Shown one piece after another: positions 1 to 6,193 of a stretch of DNA of 32,339 nucleotides. Source of the DNA: Armatimonadota bacterium. GTDB lineage: Bacteria > Armatimonadota > UBA5829 > DSUL01. The notes beneath the pieces were generated by a model, which ran no database searches, was not told the origin of the DNA, and was given only the letters and a program-made list of their open reading frames with translations. Position 1 is the stretch's first letter; every line of letters starts with the position of its first letter. A program made the position numbers and the translations under genes. The DNA lies in the NCBI GenBank assembly GCA_039811685.1, contig JBDHZC010000012.1, positions 1 to 32,339 on the forward strand, read 5' to 3'.

Positions 1-346
1 TTGCAGGCAAGGAGAGCGTGCTCGGCGGAGGTTATGCCTCCTTAAACCACTCGGACACCTCTCCGTATTCAGTTTCTCAAGCGCTTAGCTTTGCAGGCAA
101 GGAGAGCGTGCTCGGCGGAGGTTATGCCTCCTTAAACCACTCGGACACCTCTCCGTATTCAGTTTCTCAAGCGCTTAGCTTTGCGAGGAAAGAAAGCGTG
201 TGCGGCGGAGGTTACGCCTCCTTAAACCACTCGGACACCTCTCCGTATTCAGTTTCTCAAGCACTTAGCTTTGCAAGCAAGGAGAGCGTGTTCGGCGGAG
301 GTTACGCCTCCTTAAACCACTCGGACACCTCTCCGTATTCAGTTTC
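1..346. repeat. 90-bp tandem repeat array, about 3.8 copies visible, truncated by the left window edge
   Basis: Units 1-90 and 91-180 are identical. Units 181-270 and 271-346 differ by a few substitutions, mostly in the first 25 nt. Similarity decays after about 346. Confidence 0.98.
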
Positions 347-444
347 CGAAACGCTTGGGCCTCGCGAACCTCCGTTAGCCGGAAAGCTGGGGAGGAACTA
401 CCTGCCGGCACTCAAGGCTGGAAACGTCGCGCATAAAGCGGGCT

Positions 445-517
445 CGCCCTCGGAGGGAATCGAACCCCCGACGCCCTCCTTAGGACGGAGGCGCTCTGTC
501 CACTGAGCTACGAGGGC
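445..517 (-). tRNA. tRNA-Arg (anticodon CCT), CCA not encoded
   Basis: Minus strand folds as a cloverleaf: GCCCTCG TA GCTC AGTGGACA GAGC G CCTCC GTCCTAA GGAGG GCGTC GGGGG TTCGATT CCCTC CGAGGGC G. Confidence 0.95.
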
Positions 518-597
518 AAGGCGCCCAGGATGCAGGAAGCCCGAGCTTGTTGAGGACGACGCTGAAGCAACCAGCAGCCTGACAGGACACATTCAAA

Positions 598-673
598 TGG
601 CGCGCCCGGAGGGATTTGAACCCCCGACTTCAAGGTCCGCAACCTTGCGCTCTATCCCCTGAGCTACGGGCGC
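598..673 (-). tRNA. tRNA-Arg (anticodon GCG), CCA encoded
   Basis: Minus strand: GCGCCCG TA GCTC AGGGGATA GAGC G CAAGG TTGCGGA CCTTG AAGTC GGGGG TTCAAAT CCCTC CGGGCGC G CCA. Confidence 0.96.
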
Positions 674-710
674 ACACACAGGCCGCCGCGTTACCTGCGG
701 GGCACGAGGG

Positions 711-739
711 AGTATAGCACTGCGAATCTACCCTGTCAA
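711..739 (-). promoter_or_regulatory. sigma70-type promoter of the tRNA pair
   Basis: Minus strand TTGACA-17 nt-TATACT with an extended -10 TG, ending 37 nt upstream of tRNA-Arg(GCG). Confidence 0.85.
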
Positions 740-791
740 ACGCTCAAAGCAGGAAAATCACGCACGTACAAGCTGACACTCGCCGGCGCCA

Positions 792-1505
792 TCAGACGAA
801 AAATTCTTCCCGGTTCGGGCGCAGATCCAGCTCCAGCGTCCATGCGCGCGCATCCTGCTGCGAGAGCTCCCAGTACGCCTGCGCCATCGCGTCCGGATCC
901 AGCAGCACATCGCTTTCCCACTCGGGGTTGTGTTTGCGGTAGCGCGGGGTGTTGATCACGCCGTCTACGATAATGTGAGCCACATGAATCCCCTGGGGCC
1001 ACAGTTCACGCGCCAGCGACTGCGCCATCCCGCGCACGGCAAACTTTGCGCTGCTGAACGCCATCGCGCGCCCGCCACGCACTGAAGAGGTTGCGCCGGT
1101 GAACAGAATGCAGCCTTTGCCGTCAGCCAGCATGTCCGCCACGGCCTCTTTCGCACACAGAAAGCTGCCGTAGCACGCAATGCGCCACGAAGTCTCAAAA
1201 TCCTCAGGGCTGGTGTTGGCCAGTCCGTCTCCGAGGGAGCTGCTGGCGTGGTTGATGAGGATGTCCACTGCCCCGAGCTCCGCGCGAACCCGCCGGAATG
1301 CCTCAACGACGTCCTCCTGCTTTGACACATCCGCTGCGATCGCCAGAGCGCGCCCGCCCTTTGACGCAATCTGAGCGGCGAGTTCCTCTGTCACCTCTGT
1401 GGAACGCGCGAGCATCGCCACCTGACAGCCGTTGGACGCAAACTTGTGCGCCAGCGACGCTCCCAGACCTGGCCCCACTCCGGTTATCACTACTGTATCA
1501 GCCAT
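792..1505 (-). CDS. short-chain dehydrogenase/reductase (SDR) family protein
   Basis: TGVGPGLG Rossmann motif, AADVS, FSSAK in place of YxxxK, and GIHVAHIIVDG typical of the Phe-substituted classical SDR subgroup. Start placed at ATG 1505 after GGAGGA. Confidence 0.92.
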   Translation of the reverse strand: MADTVVITGVGPGLGASLAHKFASNGCQVAMLARSTEVTEELAAQIASKGGRALAIAADVSKQEDVVEAFRRVRAELGAVDILINHASSSLGDGLANTSPEDFETSWRIACYGSFLCAKEAVADMLADGKGCILFTGATSSVRGGRAMAFSSAKFAVRGMAQSLARELWPQGIHVAHIIVDGVINTPRYRKHNPEWESDVLLDPDAMAQAYWELSQQDARAWTLELDLRPNREEFFV

Positions 1506-1687
1506 TGATTCCTCCACCGAGATTATAGCCCTGCCGTAAACCTCCTAACCTGCGACGAACCCATTCATGCCATGAGCAAATTGGCAATCCCCTCAACATG
1601 GAATGTCTCCAAGACATACGCCGGCTATTGTTACTGCGGTTGTTTTTAGCTATTCTCATGCCGCCCAGCGTGTTATGATGGCGCTAC

Positions 1688-1987
1688 ATCAGTGGTGTTG
1701 TGACGGCGGTGGATGGGGCCAAGGACTGGGTCTATGTGGACGACGGAAGCGGGCTGATGGATGGATCCGGCCCGTCTGGAAACCAGTACGTGGGTCTCCG
1801 GGTAGCCTGCCGCACCCTGAGCTTGCCGGCTGTAGGTCAGACTGTGACGATAACAGGCGTTGTCCGCAAAGATACACTCACGCTCAGCGCGCCAGCCATA
1901 GTCAACGGGGTTATGAAGCCGCAGGGCGCCCAGCTTCTGGTACCCACTCTATACCCGCGCACGCAGGCAGACATCCAGATTCAGTAG
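1688..1987 (+). pseudogene. 5'-truncated remnant of a surface protein C-terminal DDGSG...PR...DI (OB-fold-like) domain
   Basis: ISGVVTAVDGAKDWVYVDDGSG...VTITG...PRTQADI matches the C-termini of 12095-12967 and 16534-17379. Similarity begins before the GTG at 1700, there is an in-frame TGA at 1676, and no RBS or signal peptide is present. Confidence 0.6.
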
Positions 1988-2100
1988 CGGCACGCGTCAA
2001 GCGAACCAAGGCGACTCCAGCGCTTCGGGAATCAGCGTAGCTGGAGCACAAAACGCGTAAGCAGTCTGGGATTTTCAGGGCATCAAAAGCAGCCGGCAGG

Positions 2101-2129
2101 TTGACCTGTCCGGTGTCACGTGTTAGCAT
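2101..2129 (+). promoter_or_regulatory. sigma70-type promoter of the PEP-CTERM gene
   Basis: TTGACC-17 nt-TAGCAT with an extended -10 TG. Confidence 0.6.
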
Positions 2130-2230
2130 AGAGCAAGACCTCTCGTAGATCTGAGACAACTCAGACGCCCACGCGTTCGCTCAATTTCTTTCATCTACTG
2201 CGAACGGTGTGGGAGAGGAAGGAGAAAAAG

Positions 2231-2830
2231 ATGAAAACAGTTCTGTCTGTACTGGCCGCGCTTGCACTGGCTTCAAGCGCACACGCCACAAACCTGGTCA
2301 CGAATGGCGACTTCTCATCCAACCTGAGCGGCTGGACCACCACCGGCGTTGTTCAGGCATTCACTGCCGCAAACCCCAACCGAATGGATCTGCCAGCGTC
2401 GCCAAGCGGATGGCCCGCTGTGGGACGCGTGTCCAGTTATCTGGCGAGCACCAGTCACATAACGCAGAGCATCAATTTCACGGGACAGGGGACGCTCTCC
2501 GGTGAGCTCTGGGCAGCAGGTCACGGTTCAGCAGGCGTTGGCGCCGTCTCGGCCACCGTCCTGTGGAATGGCAGTGTCGTAGGGAGTCTGTCGCAAGTTC
2601 CTGATCCTGTAAAATGGGAGATGGACTACGTTTGGACCACTTTCAGCGGCACAGTAATCGGGACGGGCGCCAACACTCTCCAGGTGAACTTTGTCGTGCC
2701 GTCCGTTGAGACGGCCTGGTCGGCTGTTGACAACCTCAACCTCGTAGTGGTACCGGAGCCAGGCAGCATGATCGCTCTGGCCACAGGTCTTCTGGGCTTT
2801 GCGGGCTGCGCGTTTCGCGTCAAGAAGTAA
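2231..2830 (+). CDS. PEP-CTERM sorting domain surface protein with a small beta-sandwich (carbohydrate-binding-like) domain
   Basis: Signal peptide MKTVLSVLAALALASSAHA, NLVTNGDF...GW start, and C-terminal VPEPGS + hydrophobic helix + RVKK. AAGGAG precedes ATG 2231. Confidence 0.92.
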   Translation: MKTVLSVLAALALASSAHATNLVTNGDFSSNLSGWTTTGVVQAFTAANPNRMDLPASPSGWPAVGRVSSYLASTSHITQSINFTGQGTLSGELWAAGHGSAGVGAVSATVLWNGSVVGSLSQVPDPVKWEMDYVWTTFSGTVIGTGANTLQVNFVVPSVETAWSAVDNLNLVVVPEPGSMIALATGLLGFAGCAFRVKK

Positions 2831-2860
2831 GAGTCCGAAGTCAGCATAGAGAATAATCCT

Positions 2861-2897
2861 GACAGCCTCGCCTCCGGGCGGGGCTGTCGTTTTTTTT
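2861..2897 (+). terminator. intrinsic terminator
   Basis: 12-bp stem GACAGCCTCGCC/GGCGGGGCTGTC, 4-nt loop, then G and eight T. Confidence 0.92.
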
Positions 2898-3042
2898 GCT
2901 GGCTCTAATGTTACGAGTTACGGGTTAGAACGGACATACGCGGCATCATCCTCGAAGTTCTCTATCTTCTACTGATGAAGAGGAGACCTGATGTCATCTA
3001 CTGGGTGAAGAGAGGACTGCGAAGATCAGCGAGCCAGCAGTC

Positions 3043-3912
3043 TCATCCCTTCAGGCCCGTCATGGCGATCCCCTGAATGAATGTCTTCTGCGTGAAGAAG
3101 AAGAGGACGACGATGGGGAGAGTCACCAGAGTGGAGACGGCCATCAGGTAGTGCCAGTACGTTCCGTACTGCCCCTGGAACATGGACAGCCCGAGCGACA
3201 GCGTGTAGTGATCTTCGTTGATGAGGTAGATGAGCGGCCCGACAAAGTCATTCCACGCGCCTATAAAGGCGAAAAGCCCGACCGTGGCAAGCGCCGGGCG
3301 CGCCAGCGGCATAATGATGCGCCAGTAGATGCCAAACTCGTTGGCGCCGTCAATGCGCGCTGCTTCGCTGAGGTCTTTCGGGATGCCCAGGAAGAACCCT
3401 CGCAGCAGATACACGTAGAACGCGCTGAGGAAAAACGACGGTACGATCAGCGGCTTGAACGTATCAATCCAGCCAAGCATCACAAACAACTTGAACAGCG
3501 GCACCATCACCACCTGAAAGGGCAGCATCATGGTGCTGATGAGGGCGATGAACAGAATGCGCCGCCCGGGCCATTCGATGCGGGTGAGACCATAGGCTAC
3601 AAGCGAGCTTGAGAAGATGGAGCCGATGGTGGAAAGGACGGCGACTTCCAGGGTGTTGCGCAGATACAGCGGAAAGGGCCGGAAGCGCCAGCCTTCAGAG
3701 AAGTTGCTCCACACGAACGGATGGGGAATCCACTGGATGGGATAAGCCATGAGCTGATCCGGCTTTTTGAGGGCTGAGGTGACCAGCCAGAAAAACGGCG
3801 CTGCGAAGACGACTGAGAGAAAGACGAGCAGCGCAAGGACGAGCAGACGGCCTCCTTTGCCCGGCGCAAGGGGATCGCGGAGTGTCTCGGGATTTGACGG
3901 CGCGCTTTTCAC
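3043..3912 (-). CDS. carbohydrate ABC transporter permease (MalG/UgpE-like)
   Basis: EAA loop IPKDLSEAARIDGA, AWNDFVGPLIYL, QKTFIQGIAMTGLKG. Start uncertain; GTG 3912 chosen. Confidence 0.93.
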   Translation of the reverse strand: MKSAPSNPETLRDPLAPGKGGRLLVLALLVFLSVVFAAPFFWLVTSALKKPDQLMAYPIQWIPHPFVWSNFSEGWRFRPFPLYLRNTLEVAVLSTIGSIFSSSLVAYGLTRIEWPGRRILFIALISTMMLPFQVVMVPLFKLFVMLGWIDTFKPLIVPSFFLSAFYVYLLRGFFLGIPKDLSEAARIDGANEFGIYWRIIMPLARPALATVGLFAFIGAWNDFVGPLIYLINEDHYTLSLGLSMFQGQYGTYWHYLMAVSTLVTLPIVVLFFFTQKTFIQGIAMTGLKG

Positions 3913-3937
3913 GAATTCAGGTCCGCCAGAAAAGGTC

Positions 3938-4828
3938 TCATGCTTCCACCGTGCTCTCGGCAAAGCGTCCGGTCGCGCGGAAGAACAACAGCGTCCCCAC
4001 AAAAATCAGCGCAAACAGCACCCAGGCGAGCGCGCAGGCATAGCCCATTTCAAAATACTGGAAGGCCTTCTGGAAGAGATAAAGGCTGTAGAAGAGGGTG
4101 GAGCCGGCGGGTGAGCCGGAGCCCTGCGTCATCACGTACACCGGGGCAAAGAACTGCATGGCTCCGATGAGGCCCATAACTGCAATAAAGATAATGTGTT
4201 GAGCCATGAACGGTGCGGTGATATTGCGCAGCATGCCAAAGCGCCCTGCCCCGTCTATGGCGGCGGCTTCGTACATTTCGCGCGGAACATCCTGAAGCCC
4301 GGCCAGGAAGATGACCATCCACCCTCCAACTCCCCAGGTGCTCATGAGGATAAGTGCGGGTTTGGCCCACGCCGGATCCTGCATCCAGCCCGGTCCGGTC
4401 ACGCCGATTCTGGCAAGCACCGCATTCACCATTCCGCTGTCAGGGTTGAGCAGCCACAGCCACAGTACAGAGCTTGCGACAACCGGCACGATAGACGGCA
4501 GGTAGAAGATAGTGCGGTAGAAGGCCATCCCGCGCACTTTCGCGTTCAGCAACGTGGCGAGCGCAAACGCCGTTATCATCCCGAGCGGGACGGACAGCGC
4601 GGCGAAGTAAACTGTGTTGTAAAGCGACTGGTAAAAGAACTTGTCGTGAATCAGCGTGCGGTAGTTTGTCAGCCCGGTGAACTGCGCAGGCTTCAGGGCG
4701 CTGTAGTTACAGAAGCTGTAATAGAGGCTGGCGATAACCGGGTACGCCGTAAAAATCAGCAGACCCAGAATAGCAGGCGAGCAGAATAACAGCCCGTTTA
4801 TGAGATTGCGCTTCTGAAGACGGGTCAC
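3938..4828 (-). CDS. carbohydrate ABC transporter permease (MalF/UgpA-like)
   Basis: FTGLTNY, YRTIFYLPSIVP, EAA loop MYEAAAIDGA, FEMGYACALAW. Start uncertain; GTG 4828 chosen. Confidence 0.93.
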   Translation of the reverse strand: MTRLQKRNLINGLLFCSPAILGLLIFTAYPVIASLYYSFCNYSALKPAQFTGLTNYRTLIHDKFFYQSLYNTVYFAALSVPLGMITAFALATLLNAKVRGMAFYRTIFYLPSIVPVVASSVLWLWLLNPDSGMVNAVLARIGVTGPGWMQDPAWAKPALILMSTWGVGGWMVIFLAGLQDVPREMYEAAAIDGAGRFGMLRNITAPFMAQHIIFIAVMGLIGAMQFFAPVYVMTQGSGSPAGSTLFYSLYLFQKAFQYFEMGYACALAWVLFALIFVGTLLFFRATGRFAESTVEA

Positions 4829-4925
4829 AAGGCAAAGATTCCGTAGAAAGCAGGAAATCTCCTTCCAGGGCGGCGCGACACACGGACACGCAGAGCTCAG
4901 CGTCCGCAGCGGACAGGCTCCAAGC

Positions 4926-4961
4926 AAAAACAAAGCGGACAGCCCTGTATGGACTGCCCGC
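4926..4961 (-). terminator. intrinsic terminator after the propeller PEP-CTERM gene
   Basis: Minus strand GCGGGCAGTCC-ATACA-GGGCTGTCCGC followed by TTTGTTTTT. Confidence 0.85.
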
Positions 4962-4986
4962 GGAAGCTGAGACTGTATAGAAGATG

Positions 4987-5922
4987 CTATGCCCGTCTTT
5001 TGCGGATCATGCCTGCCAGGCCCATCAGACCTCCAGCCAGAACAAGCAGGCTGGCTGGCTCAGGAACAAGCTGCGTGATGCCATACGGAGAAGACAAACC
5101 GCCCGACCCTATCGCAATCAGAGTGCTTTTGGTCAGGTTGGAGATGTCATAGCTGATAATCCCCGTTGAGCCAACCAGAAGGAAGTTCGAAGGGTTTGAG
5201 GTGTCAGGGATGTACATGGTATTCAGCCACTGTGGAACGCCCTGCGTCTCAACGTAAGGGCCTGTCCAGGAGCCATTGATATCCCAGCCGAGGACGTAAC
5301 CCACGGTCTGGCCGTCGCTGCGTGCCGCCCAGATACCCTCATTGCCTCCGGGGTTCACGATAGCCACGCTGTTGAGGCGCGGATTATCCACAATGTTGAT
5401 GACGTTCGAGCGGCTGGCGTCCCAGCGTAGAACGTGGCCGTCTGTAGCCACATAGAGTCTGTCCTGGCTGTCAAGCGCCATTCCCATTGGAGTGTTAATC
5501 GATTGAGCGCCAGGCGACAAATTGCCCGAAGTATTGTCAGGCGCGAACCACATCACCCTGTTGTTCTGGTTGTCGGTAGCGTACACGGTCCCGCTTGCGT
5601 CAACAATGACGCCGCCGATCCAACCGCTGGAAGAGGTATAGGTCTTGGTCAGAGAGCCTGCCGAGTTGTAGCGAAGCAACTGGCTGGACCCGTTGCCAAG
5701 GTAAGACCCGACATAGACATTGCCGGCGGAATCGCCATGAATAGTGCTGGGATGGGTAACGCCAGCGAACACACCAACGAACGAACCATCCGAAGCGTAG
5801 CGCAGTATCTGGTCGCTCCCATAGCTTGCTACAAGATAGTCCGAAGCTGCGCTTGCAGGAACCGTCATGCAGGCGGCCGCTCCGAAGAGGGCCATCGCTA
5901 GAAACCGCATTCTCCTCATCAT
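4987..5922 (-). CDS. secreted NHL/Vgb-like beta-propeller protein with PEP-CTERM sorting signal
   Basis: Signal peptide, blades such as DSAGNVYV, DASGTVYATD, PMGMALDSQDRLYV, and C-terminal VPEPAS-hydrophobic-RKRRA. Confidence 0.9.
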   Translation of the reverse strand: MMRRMRFLAMALFGAAACMTVPASAASDYLVASYGSDQILRYASDGSFVGVFAGVTHPSTIHGDSAGNVYVGSYLGNGSSQLLRYNSAGSLTKTYTSSSGWIGGVIVDASGTVYATDNQNNRVMWFAPDNTSGNLSPGAQSINTPMGMALDSQDRLYVATDGHVLRWDASRSNVINIVDNPRLNSVAIVNPGGNEGIWAARSDGQTVGYVLGWDINGSWTGPYVETQGVPQWLNTMYIPDTSNPSNFLLVGSTGIISYDISNLTKSTLIAIGSGGLSSPYGITQLVPEPASLLVLAGGLMGLAGMIRKRRA

Positions 5923-6108
5923 ATCTTTCGTTCTCCTTCTCCTGCTGAGACGACGGCATCCGGAAAGGAGTGATAATTGCCGCGCCTCTTATTGTGACGA
6001 GCATTGACCAGAGCGCTGATGCGTCTTTTGAACTGATCCTCTCGTCTCAGTATATGTTCTGGAGGAGTCTGCAGCGGTGATCGGCTGCCGTCTCTCCAGA
6101 CCATTTTC

Positions 6109-6138
6109 AGTGTAAGGCGCATCCTGGCGGCTGGTCAA
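6109..6138 (-). promoter_or_regulatory. candidate sigma70-type promoter of the propeller PEP-CTERM gene
   Basis: Minus strand TTGACC-18 nt-TACACT. The -35 hexamer is the same as that of the other PEP-CTERM promoter. Confidence 0.5.
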
Positions 6139-6193
6139 TCGGTTTCGCGGCAAAACTGGAGAATTGAGGCCTTTCCGCAGGAAGACCTGCCCT

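Noticed and set aside
1..346. CRISPR array
   Set aside because: No unique spacers: units 1 and 2 are identical and the variable parts are homologous. No cas genes are in the window.
18..506. 162-aa ORF with 30-aa repeats
   Set aside because: A by-product of the 90-bp (multiple of 3) repeat. It runs antisense through tRNA-Arg(CCT) and has no recognisable protein features.
445..673. tRNA-anchored genomic island
   Set aside because: No integrase gene, and I saw no duplicated tRNA-Arg 3' end elsewhere in the window.
792..1505. SDR lacking the catalytic Tyr (FSSAK) as a novelty
   Set aside because: The Phe substitution is a known trait of this SDR subgroup.
2965..3025. CTGATGA as a hammerhead ribozyme core, within a short imperfect direct repeat (TCTACTG...TGAAGAG)
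   Set aside because: No stem II followed by GAAA and no flanking helices. The repeat is too short and degenerate to interpret.
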